Origin: Hormoscilla sp.
Lineage (GTDB): Bacteria; Cyanobacteriota; Cyanobacteriia; Cyanobacteriales; Desertifilaceae
Reading direction: 5' to 3'
Assembly (NCBI GenBank): GCA_051439505.1
Contig: JBFRWI010000187.1
Location: 1-13,805, forward strand
DNA length: 13,805 bases
Numbering within the stretch: position 1 is the stretch's first letter; each line of letters opens with the position of its first letter. The notes beneath the pieces were generated by a model, which had not been told where the DNA came from, did no database searches, and was given only the letters and a program-made list of their open reading frames with translations. Positions 1-7,436 of this stretch are shown here, one piece after another. The translations under genes and the position numbers were made by a program.

Positions 1-929
1 GAGGTGCAATATTCGCCCACATAGCTGCGCCACACTTTGATACCTTTAGCTTCCAACTGTTGGTGAGCATAGCCATACAGCAGATAAAGTTCGGAAATTG
101 GCGTACCCCCTAAACCATTAATCATCAGCGCCACTTCATCCCCATTATTAAAGATAGGGGCAGTAGTTTCAGTTTCTGATATTGGCTTGGAATCGGTGAG
201 AATAGCTTCCAGCATTCGATCAACTATTTCATTAGCGCTGGTTAGTTTTTCCCTAGCCCGACCAGGTTCTCCATGAATGCCGACACCCATCTCAACTTCA
301 TCTTCTGCCAAGGTGAAAATGGGTTCGCCTTTGGCTGGGGGAGTGCAGCCAGTCAAAGCCATTCCCATTGAACGGATAACATCATTGACCCGATTACCGA
401 GAGCGACTAATTCATCTAAGGAAGCGCCTTTTTCTGCCGCTGCACCAACTGCTTTGATGACAAAAAAGTTGCCAGCAACGCCACGACGACCTACAGTGTA
501 GAGGCTGTCTTTAACCGCTACATCATCATCGACAAAAATAGTTTTGACCGTAATCCCTTCATCTTCTAATTCTTCAGCAGCATCCCGGAAAGCTGCTCGA
601 TCGCCCGTATAGTTGTTGACAATATGCAACACCCCTTTGGCTGAGTTGAGGAGTTTGGAGGACTCGACTACATAATCAATTGGCGGGGCCGAAAAAACAT
701 CCCCCGGACAAGCTCCGTCAAGCATCCCTTGGCCAACAATCATTACATGGGCTGGTTCGTGACCGGAACCAGAACCCTGAACGATCGAGACTTTTTTATC
801 ATTGGGAGCATCGGCTCGCATAATCAGGTTGTAGTCGGGGACGTATTTGACCTTACCCGGATTAGCAAGCTCTATTCCCTTCAGCATTTCGGGAACAAAT
901 TGTTTGGGATTATTAACAAATTTCTTCAT
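1..929 (-). CDS. dhaK: Dihydroxyacetone kinase substrate-binding subunit DhaK (3' end runs off the window)
   Basis: Not in the ORF track because there is no stop in the window. Manual translation from ATG at 929: MKKFVNNPKQFVPEMLKG...GSGSGHEPAH...VNNYTGD...DDDVAV..SLYTVGRRGVAG...EMGVGIHGEPG...INGLGGTP. These are DhaK motifs. AGAGG lies upstream. Confidence 0.95.
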   Translation of the reverse strand, partial: MKKFVNNPKQFVPEMLKGIELANPGKVKYVPDYNLIMRADAPNDKKVSIVQGSGSGHEPAHVMIVGQGMLDGACPGDVFSAPPIDYVVESSKLLNSAKGVLHIVNNYTGDRAAFRDAAEELEDEGITVKTIFVDDDVAVKDSLYTVGRRGVAGNFFVIKAVGAAAEKGASLDELVALGNRVNDVIRSMGMALTGCTPPAKGEPIFTLAEDEVEMGVGIHGEPGRAREKLTSANEIVDRMLEAILTDSKPISETETTAPIFNNGDEVALMINGLGGTPISELYLLYGYAHQQLEAKGIKVWRSYVGEYCT

Positions 930-983
930 TGATTTTTTTCCTCTGATTAATTAGTATTTACAACCCTACGAGTAGGGTAGGCT

Positions 984-1302
984 TAATACTTCTCAGTCAA
1001 GCATATAGGTTGTCATTGCGAGGGGGGGAGGACGCGATTAACTTATGGGAAATTGAATTAACTCCCCCCGAAGCAATCGCCCCGCCCTGTATAAGATGAA
1101 GATCACTTCAGTGTCTTTCGCTGTATCTTGGTCACTCGATGTCTTCTGGGAGCGCTAGTCGCACTACCGATGAAGACATGGTACTCGCACTACCCAGGAT
1201 AGAACGAGGTGAGATTGCTTCGGGGGGGATTGCTTCAGGAGTCTTAACAATATTATTTTGTCAGCCCTCTCGCAATGACAGGTTGTTAACCGAGAAGTAT
1301 TG
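984..1302. mobile_element. Non-autonomous MITE with IS4-family-like ends
   Basis: 18-bp terminal inverted repeats match at 14/18: TAATACTTCTCAGTCAAG (984-1001) vs CAATACTTCTCGGTTAAC (reverse complement of 1285-1302). Flanked by a 10-bp direct repeat AGGGTAGGCT (974-983) / AGGGTGGGCT (1303-1312). No transposase ORF. Confidence 0.75.
1011..1280. repeat. Nested palindromic element inside the MITE
   Basis: TGTCATTGCGAG (1011-1022) pairs with CTCGCAATGACA (1269-1280). CCCCCCGAAGCAATC (1064-1078) pairs with GATTGCTTCGGGGGG (1213-1227). Confidence 0.8.
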
Positions 1303-1414
1303 AGGGTGGGCTTGCCTAAAAGCCGACCTTTGAGATTAGTTAAATTTCCCTGACTGCGTAAGTCAGCTCTATCTTAAAATCATTAATTGTTAATTATGAG
1401 TCAGAAATGATTTT

Positions 1415-1622
1415 AACTAGCTATTAGCTTTTCCTGACGGAATGCTGCGCAAACAGCATTTAGCTATCAGCTAAAAATCCGAGGCTTTAGGTCCCCCACT
1501 ATATTTAGCAAAATTAGTGGTGTGTGTTAATGGGGGTCTGATTCCCCCATTATACACAGTGAAAAGCTGTTAGCGCTAGCTCCTCCGCAGGAGGCTTGCT
1601 GACTGCTGACTGCTGACTGCTA
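1415..1622. repeat. Cyanobacterial intergenic repeat cluster: heptamer repeats plus hairpin
   Basis: (CTGACTG)n at about 1599-1621; TAGCTAT(T/C)AGC motifs; stem TAATGGGGG-N7-CCCCCATTA at about 1528-1552. Confidence 0.6.
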
Positions 1623-1624
1623 CT

Positions 1625-2263
1625 TCAAGATTTTGCCCAAGCAGTGGCGACATTCTCAAACATCACAGCCACAGCTACTGCCCCAGCATCATAAGTATCT
1701 TTACTCCGATCGCCCGTGTAAGATGCGCGACCTCGTTTGGCGACCCAGGCTTTCGTGATTTCTGCCTGCTCTCGTGCGGCTTTGGCCGCTGCATCGATCG
1801 CTTCTTGAGTATTACCACCATTGGCGATCGCTTGCTCAAAAGCATCTGCCCCTGGGACTAAGGCATCCAGCAAAGTTTTGTCGCCTAAGTTTGCCCCCCC
1901 GCGATCCATAATTCCATCCGCAGCAGCGCGAAACATGGTCACGACATCTTCCCCAGTCAGCATTTCTTTACCGCTAATACTCTTGCCAGCACTCCGAAAA
2001 GCAGCCCGCCAAATTGAACCGGAAGTGCCACCAATATTTCTGGAGATAATTTTAGCACATCCGAGCAAAAAACTCTCACCGCTACTGCGATCTATTTGGT
2101 CCCATTGTGACAAAATGGCACCAAAGCCACTTTCTAGGGAAGTGCCAAAGTCCCCATCACCGACCACACCATCCAACTCGGTAAAATATTTTTCGTTATC
2201 AATGGATGTTTGGGCGATCGTGCGCACGACCAGTTCTATATTCTCCAAACTACTTCGCGCCAT
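1625..2263 (-). CDS. dhaL: Dihydroxyacetone kinase nucleotide-binding subunit DhaL
   Basis: Motifs ELDGVVGDGDFG, GGTSGSIW, GGANLGDKTLLDAL, KRGRASYTGDRS, DAGA. Start placed at ATG 2263 (MARSSLE) because GAGGAG precedes it; the ORF track extends to 2296. Confidence 0.93.
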   Translation of the reverse strand: MARSSLENIELVVRTIAQTSIDNEKYFTELDGVVGDGDFGTSLESGFGAILSQWDQIDRSSGESFLLGCAKIISRNIGGTSGSIWRAAFRSAGKSISGKEMLTGEDVVTMFRAAADGIMDRGGANLGDKTLLDALVPGADAFEQAIANGGNTQEAIDAAAKAAREQAEITKAWVAKRGRASYTGDRSKDTYDAGAVAVAVMFENVATAWAKS

Positions 2264-2379
2264 ATTTCTCTCCTCGATCAAATATTTTGCTATCAAAATA
2301 ATATGAGTCTAAAACCCTGCCTTTTAAGGCGAAATATTTTCGCAGCAGGTATCAAATCCCCGTTATAAAAATTACTTCT

Positions 2380-2423
2380 GTACGGGCGAACGGCCGTAGG
2401 GGCGAACGGCCGTTCGCCCCTAC
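2380..2423. repeat. GTAG-type REP-like palindrome with a partial tandem copy
   Basis: Perfect 28-bp palindrome GTAGGGGCGAACGGCCGTTCGCCCCTAC (2396-2423), preceded by half copy GTACGGGCGAACGGCC (2380-2395). It lies just past the stop of the HAD gene. Confidence 0.85.
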
Positions 2424-2427
2424 TTCG

Positions 2428-3216
2428 TTAAGCCAGGGAATCAGCCAAAACCTGCTCAAGGTCATCTACGGTAAAATATCCTTGTGGTTTAACATTAGTC
2501 CGATTTTGACCGATCGCGATAGACTTGTTACCGGGTTCTCCGAAATCCGACAACACTAATGCTGCTTCACTAAAATCCTCATTTTTGGTCAACTCATTGT
2601 ATGTGACAATACAGGTCATCCGGGCAGCAGTAGCAGCCAGCAAACCATTGCGCGTATCTTCTACAACAATGCAGTTAGCTGGGTCTAAGTTTAATTTTTC
2701 CACAGCGAGATTGTAAACATCTGGGGCTGGTTTTTTTGCTTTGACCATATCGCCCGCAAAAACTCCAGCGAATTTACTGGCCAGTTCTACCCCCATGACT
2801 TGACCCAGCACTGCCTCTACAGAAGCGATCGCAGAAGTCGAACAAACTGCGAGGAGCCAACCATTTGCCAAAGCTGTCTGGGCTAGGCGTTTAACACCGG
2901 GACGACCGGGAATTGCCCCAGTAGCGATCGCCTGCTTATAAATTTCCGTTTTGCGCTTATGCCAACCCATGACAATATTCCACCAGGCTGAATCCGACTC
3001 TGGAACCGGGTAAACAGCCCGAAAATCCTCATCTTTTCCCAAGCTGAACATTCGCTCTTTGCCGCCACCAATTTTAACTTTCTGGGCATATTTTTCCAGG
3101 CCCCACTGCCAATTTATGCCCTGTTCGCGCCACATTTGGTTGAAGGCTACTAAATGACCATCTAGCTCGGTGTCAGCCAACACCCCATCGCAATCAAAGA
3201 TTAGTGCTTTTTTCAT
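2428..3216 (-). CDS. HAD-IA family phosphatase, CbbY-like
   Basis: Motif I FDCDGVLADTE, CbbY-type DGHxxAFN and GGGKERM, motif II CSTS, KKPAPDVY, motif IV VEDTRNG. Start overlaps the aldolase stop by 4 bp (ATGA). Confidence 0.88.
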   Translation of the reverse strand: MKKALIFDCDGVLADTELDGHLVAFNQMWREQGINWQWGLEKYAQKVKIGGGKERMFSLGKDEDFRAVYPVPESDSAWWNIVMGWHKRKTEIYKQAIATGAIPGRPGVKRLAQTALANGWLLAVCSTSAIASVEAVLGQVMGVELASKFAGVFAGDMVKAKKPAPDVYNLAVEKLNLDPANCIVVEDTRNGLLAATAARMTCIVTYNELTKNEDFSEAALVLSDFGEPGNKSIAIGQNRTNVKPQGYFTVDDLEQVLADSLA

Positions 3217-4064
3217 GCTTTTCCTTCACTGCCAAACAACTTACAATAGTGCTGCGTCAATTTGATTACCTCACTATGTACCGCCCCAACCAGTTTCAAG
3301 GGGTTGTATTCGGTTGGTCGCTCTTCGAGGTATGTGCGGAAGCTATCAGCATAAGTTTGCTTGAGTGCAGTGGAGATATTCACCTTAGCTGTCCCAAGAC
3401 TAATCAGCCGTAAAAAGACATCATCACTCAGACCGCTGCCCCCGTGCAAGACCATTGGAGTATTGGTCGCTGCCACTATCTGCTCCATTCTACCGTAGCG
3501 AATTTGTGGGGTGGCCTTGTAAAAACCGTGTGCGGTGCCAATAGCGGGTGCATAACAGTAAATCCCACTGTCCTTGACAAAGGCGATCGCCTCTTCAATT
3601 GATATCAGTTGTCCTTCTGTCTCGCTACCGATGTCATCTTCAACACCAGCCACTGGTACCACTTCCCCTTCTACATGAGCTCCGTACTGAGCCGCATATT
3701 TGGCGATCTCTTGAGTCGTCCGAAAGTTTTCCTCAAAAGAGAAACTCGAGCCATCAAATAGTACCGCGTTCCAGCCCAAACGGAGACATTCTTTCACGAT
3801 TTCGGGGTCGGGGCAATGATCCAAGTGGAGGGTTACGGGGACTGAGGCTCGTTCGGCCATGTTACTAAACATATCCTGGATGACTTTGGCTCCCCAGAAT
3901 TTAATCGTTTTAACTGAGATTTGAATAATTAAGGGGGAGCGAGACTCGGAGGCCCCCTTAATCAAGCCATCCATCGTAATATCATCGAAAGCATTAAATG
4001 CCGGAACCCCGTACCTATTTTCAAAGGCCGGGTTCATAATTTCTGGTAGGGTGACAACAGTCAT
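3213..4064 (-). CDS. Class II (metal-dependent) ketose-bisphosphate aldolase, short ~283-aa type
   Basis: Motifs VPAFN, LHLDH, FDGS, EGE, AIGTAHG, VLHGGSG, KVNIST. AGGAG ribosome-binding site upstream. Substrate cannot be determined from sequence. Confidence 0.9.
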   Translation of the reverse strand: MTVVTLPEIMNPAFENRYGVPAFNAFDDITMDGLIKGASESRSPLIIQISVKTIKFWGAKVIQDMFSNMAERASVPVTLHLDHCPDPEIVKECLRLGWNAVLFDGSSFSFEENFRTTQEIAKYAAQYGAHVEGEVVPVAGVEDDIGSETEGQLISIEEAIAFVKDSGIYCYAPAIGTAHGFYKATPQIRYGRMEQIVAATNTPMVLHGGSGLSDDVFLRLISLGTAKVNISTALKQTYADSFRTYLEERPTEYNPLKLVGAVHSEVIKLTQHYCKLFGSEGKA

Positions 4065-4136
4065 TCTTCTCTCCTTTCTGTATGATGTAAAGGCTAGATT
4101 TACCTCACGATATCGTTCAAGCTGTCATTGAGAACC

Positions 4137-4318
4137 GCAAAAGCCCTCATATACTTCAGGTTACGCAAGGAGAGACCCTTTACCTGGGGGAACTCTTGGC
4201 GCAGATCTCGGGAGTAGGGTTCGATCGCGCCCTCGCGCCCCAACCTTGAGCGGCTTGCTGTTGAGCGGATTTGCGCTCCCATGTGCCAGTATAGCAGCAC
4301 ATGGGAGCGGTTGACTGC
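4137..4318 (-). pseudogene. Remnant of a YhcG/DUF1016 N-terminal domain
   Basis: AVNRSHVLLYWHMG...DLRQEFPQVKGLSLRNLKYMRAFA resembles the DUF1016 N-terminal consensus. The expected QQQ..QGWGA segment is present in a shifted frame. There is no C-terminal nuclease domain. Confidence 0.75.
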
Positions 4319-4367
4319 TCCGGGCCGCTTTGACCTTCCCAGCAGCGAATCTGGGTTTACCGAATTA

Positions 4368-4373
4368 TATAAT
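4368..4373 (+). promoter_or_regulatory. Candidate -10 box for pyrC
   Basis: Perfect TATAAT with 6 nt between it and the ATG at 4380; no Shine-Dalgarno sequence. Confidence 0.45.
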
Positions 4374-4379
4374 TGAACC

Positions 4380-5408
4380 ATGCAACAGCTTACTCTGACC
4401 CGACCTGACGATTGGCATCTCCATCTCCGTGACGGCGAAGCGCTGAAAGCGGTTTTACCCCATACCGTGCGCCAGTTTGCCCGCGCCATCGTGATGCCCA
4501 ATTTGAAACCTCCAGTGCGATCGCTCGGCTCAGCGGCGGCTTATCGCGATCGCATCCTTGCCGCAATGCCGGCGGGGAAAAAGTTTGAGCCATTGATGAC
4601 TCTGTACCTCACGGACAATACTAGCCCGGAAGAGATTATCGCCGCCGAAGCCTCCGGGTTTGTGAAAGCGGTCAAATATTACCCATCCGGTGCAACGACT
4701 AATTCAGAATTCGGGGTGACGGATATTCGCAAGTGCGATCGGGTGTTTGATGCCATGCAGCAGGTAAACTTGCCCCTATTGCTACATGGAGAGGTGACGG
4801 ATAAGGATGTTGATGTGTTCGATCGCGAAAAGGTGTTTATCGAGAAACATTTAATTCCCCTCAAGCAGCGATTTCCGAAACTGCGCGTGGTGCTGGAACA
4901 CATTACCACTTCAGATGCGGTGGAATTTGTCCTAGAGGCGAATAATATCGGGGCAACCATTACCCCACAACACTTATTATTTAACCGCAATCGCATATTC
5001 TTTGGAGGAATTAACCCCCATTTTTATTGCTTGCCCATTTTGAAACGGGAAACCCATCGCCAAGCCCTGCTGCAAGCCGCAACATCGGGCAATCCTAAGT
5101 TTTTTCTCGGCACGGATAGCGCCCCCCATACCCGCACCAGTAAAGAAAGTGCCTGTGGCTGCGCCGGTTGCTTTTCCGCCCTGCACGCGATGGAATTGTA
5201 TGCAGAAGCCTTTGAAAGTGTCAATGCCCTGGATAAATTGGAAGGGTTTGCCAGTTTCTATGGGCCAGATTTTTATCAACTCCCGCGCAATACCGAACAG
5301 ATTACCTTGACCAAAACCAGCTGGCGCATTCCCGATGAAGTACCATTTACCGAATCTGGGTTAGTCCCCTTACGGGCAGGTCAGGAGATGACATGGAAGA
5401 TGATTTGA
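4380..5408 (+). CDS. pyrC: Dihydroorotase, homodimeric (E. coli-type)
   Basis: Motifs [64 protein letters not shown]. Confidence 0.98.
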   Translation: MQQLTLTRPDDWHLHLRDGEALKAVLPHTVRQFARAIVMPNLKPPVRSLGSAAAYRDRILAAMPAGKKFEPLMTLYLTDNTSPEEIIAAEASGFVKAVKYYPSGATTNSEFGVTDIRKCDRVFDAMQQVNLPLLLHGEVTDKDVDVFDREKVFIEKHLIPLKQRFPKLRVVLEHITTSDAVEFVLEANNIGATITPQHLLFNRNRIFFGGINPHFYCLPILKRETHRQALLQAATSGNPKFFLGTDSAPHTRTSKESACGCAGCFSALHAMELYAEAFESVNALDKLEGFASFYGPDFYQLPRNTEQITLTKTSWRIPDEVPFTESGLVPLRAGQEMTWKMI

Positions 5409-5422
5409 GGTGGTGGTATATT

Positions 5423-5671
5423 GGCGTTGCACATTTTTACCGATGATAGCAGTCAATGGTTGCAAATTGCCGTTCCCAGGCGGGAGCCTCTTAACGAGGA
5501 AAATTGAAAATTGAAAATCCAGTATTTGTCTATTCCTGACAAGTTATAACTATTTCAATTGACCATAGCGCTTCTGCACGCTCCGGGCCCCCTCCGCTGC
5601 GCGACTTCGTATACGCAATTTGCAATTTTCATCCCGTATCATCCCGTATCATCCCGGAGTTGTGCAACGCC
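5423..5671. mobile_element. MITE copy 1 (GGCGTTGCACA ends)
   Basis: Perfect 11-bp terminal inverted repeat GGCGTTGCACA/TGTGCAACGCC. 8-bp flanking duplication GGTATATT (5415-5422) / AGTATATT (5672-5679). Internal core shared with the copy at 7513-7729. Internal (CATCCCGTAT) tandem near the right end. Confidence 0.85.
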
Positions 5672-5763
5672 AGTATATTTTCCTCCCATTGCAGAACCAA
5701 CCCAGCGCCCTCAGCCGCCTGACGCACCATAGCATTAGGGACTTGCAAGTTAATAATGTACCG

Positions 5764-5795
5764 GTTCAAGGGCTTCGACTCCGCTCAGCCCGAAC
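5764..5795. repeat. Short palindromic repeat GGGCTTCGACTCCGCTCAGCCC
   Basis: GTTC..GGGCT-TCGACTCCGCTC-AGCCC.GAAC stem-loop. The motif type is common in bacterial intergenic DNA. Confidence 0.55.
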
Positions 5796-5863
5796 GGTGA
5801 AAGACAACAGTCCATACCGATCGCACAAACACCGGGCAAGTTAAAAGCTGCCGGAGTAAAGCA

Positions 5864-5977
5864 ATGGTGAAACCTTCAATTCTTGGCCCTGCCGCAAGTT
5901 ACAGCTTTAGCCAGTATAGCAGCCTACCCTTTGACACCCCCGATGCACTGGGAAAGATTGTAAAATATAAGTCTTAA
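5864..5977 (+). pseudogene. 37-codon ORF, probable N-terminal remnant of a cyanobacterial hypothetical protein family
   Basis: GGAG (5853-5856) precedes the ATG. Translation: MVKPSILGPAASYSFSQYSSLPFDTPDALGKIVKYKS*. It resembles, from memory, 'IL.P..SY(T/S)F..YF.LP' N-termini of multicopy cyanobacterial proteins. Confidence 0.4.
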
Positions 5978-5997
5978 CCAAATCAGAGGCGCTATAC

Positions 5998-7185
5998 ATG
6001 TCCAAATCTAGTCAAGTCTTAATTAATGCTTTTCTCACCGAGCGCAATACACCAAATCCTCTCGGTGACCGTAGTCCTACCTGGGGTCGTCAAGTAGAGG
6101 ATCTTTCTCTGGTCGATCCTGGAGAAATTGCACAGAGTGTTGTGGTTATTGAGCCCTGGGAGCATGTTGGCGAACGACCCAGCGATAAGGTTGGCGTCAT
6201 TGCATCAGAGAACGTGGCCTATGTTGTCGATCAGATCCTGGGTTTACCTACCCTTATTGTGCCCGCTTGGAAGCATGGTATTTCTGACATACAGCGCTTT
6301 GCTACCCTGACAAGCCTAGCCAAACTTATAGTATTGGAAGGTGGCGAACCGGATGTTCATGTAAAAGAGACTTTTTCGGAAGCATTTTCTCGATCAGATG
6401 CTACACAACTGATTGTTGAGTTCCTCCTAAAACAGGAGCCTTTCATTGGCATTTGTCTCTATCATCAGCTTACGGCGCAGGCCCATGTAGAATTAATCCG
6501 TGAATCTGTGCGTCGTCTAGAAGAATCAAAACAACCAGCGTTTGTTGCTGTCAGTCGTCGCATTGCTGAGGTGGCAAATCGCCTAAAGGTCGAAAAGGGT
6601 TATGGTACTGTCGCCCAATCTTGGAACGATGAATCGTTTGCCGTTGCTAAGAATGAAGAAGTTAGCCATTCTAATACACGGTTATACCCCTACCGGGATA
6701 TCGATCTTCCTCATGTTCCGACTGAAATCACGGAGGCATATCGTGTAGTCGCAAAACGTTTTGATGCCGTCATTGATGTAGCACTCCAGTACGAGAACGA
6801 TCTGCACATTCAGGCATTTCATGGCAACGAAGTATCAGAAGAATCAATGCGCTTCGTATGTTGGGCTTATCAGCAAATTCACCATGTGATAACTGCTTAC
6901 AGCCTTGAAGCGGCCTCGACACTCGATCTACAAAGCCTAATGACTGCACCGATTGGTGTCGAAATTTTGGCTTCAACACATACTCAAAGTGGCGATCCGC
7001 TATGTGAGGTTGCAGCAACCGGTATTTATTGGGATAACGGACGGAAAGCACTAACTACCCAGTTTCACCCAGAACTTGATGAATCCTTAATAACCGCATC
7101 TGAAGGTTGGGCACCTTCCTGGGAAACTATGAAAAGTTCTGATGGAATTCGTTTGTTAGCACGTATGCTTCAGTCAGTTCTCTAA
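5998..7185 (+). CDS. Hypothetical protein with class I glutamine amidotransferase-like fold, enlarged
   Basis: IVLEGG (oxyanion strand), PFIGICLYHQL (nucleophile elbow, Cys153), AFHGNEV, and TTQFHPE (His357/Glu359), all in canonical order. Confidence 0.75.
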   Translation: MSKSSQVLINAFLTERNTPNPLGDRSPTWGRQVEDLSLVDPGEIAQSVVVIEPWEHVGERPSDKVGVIASENVAYVVDQILGLPTLIVPAWKHGISDIQRFATLTSLAKLIVLEGGEPDVHVKETFSEAFSRSDATQLIVEFLLKQEPFIGICLYHQLTAQAHVELIRESVRRLEESKQPAFVAVSRRIAEVANRLKVEKGYGTVAQSWNDESFAVAKNEEVSHSNTRLYPYRDIDLPHVPTEITEAYRVVAKRFDAVIDVALQYENDLHIQAFHGNEVSEESMRFVCWAYQQIHHVITAYSLEAASTLDLQSLMTAPIGVEILASTHTQSGDPLCEVAATGIYWDNGRKALTTQFHPELDESLITASEGWAPSWETMKSSDGIRLLARMLQSVL

Positions 7186-7289
7186 AAATGAGTGACAAAC
7201 CGCTTCCCTCTCACCACTTATGCTAAACACAATCATTTTCTTAAAGTGCGATCGTCCGATCTTGTAGTGCCGTGGCACAGCTAAAATGA

Positions 7290-7326
7290 GCGAGCGGCGA
7301 TCTCGTAGTACGAGATCGCCGCTCGC
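7290..7326. repeat. Perfect 18-bp-arm palindrome
   Basis: GCGAGCGGCGATCTCGTA-G-TACGAGATCGCCGCTCGC, about 100 bp after the stop of the GATase-like gene. Confidence 0.85.
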
Positions 7327-7436
7327 ACGATACCAGACCCTAGGATGGTGGAGAAATCTCCGAAGTGCTAGAATTCAGTTGTTCTGGGCACATAATTATG
7401 TCGCGAGCCCAGGTTCAACGCCTTCAATAGCACCCC

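Noticed and set aside
2264..2296. Longer dhaL start from the ORF track
   Set aside because: ATG 2263 has a clear GAGGAG ribosome-binding site, and the extension adds nothing DhaL-like.
277..3868. Small ORFs at 277, 729, 1821, 2525, 2883, 3204 and 3599
   Set aside because: Antisense or alternate-frame shadows of dhaK, dhaL, the HAD gene and the aldolase, with no recognisable motifs.
4100..4501. 133-aa minus-strand ORF as an intact gene
   Set aside because: Its 5' part is antisense to pyrC. Only about 4137-4318 resembles DUF1016, and that part is internally frameshifted.
4380..7185. GATase-like gene as carA or pyrG in a pyrimidine operon with pyrC
   Set aside because: It lacks the CarA N-terminal domain and the CTP synthase domain, and is separated from pyrC by about 590 bp of repeats and remnants.
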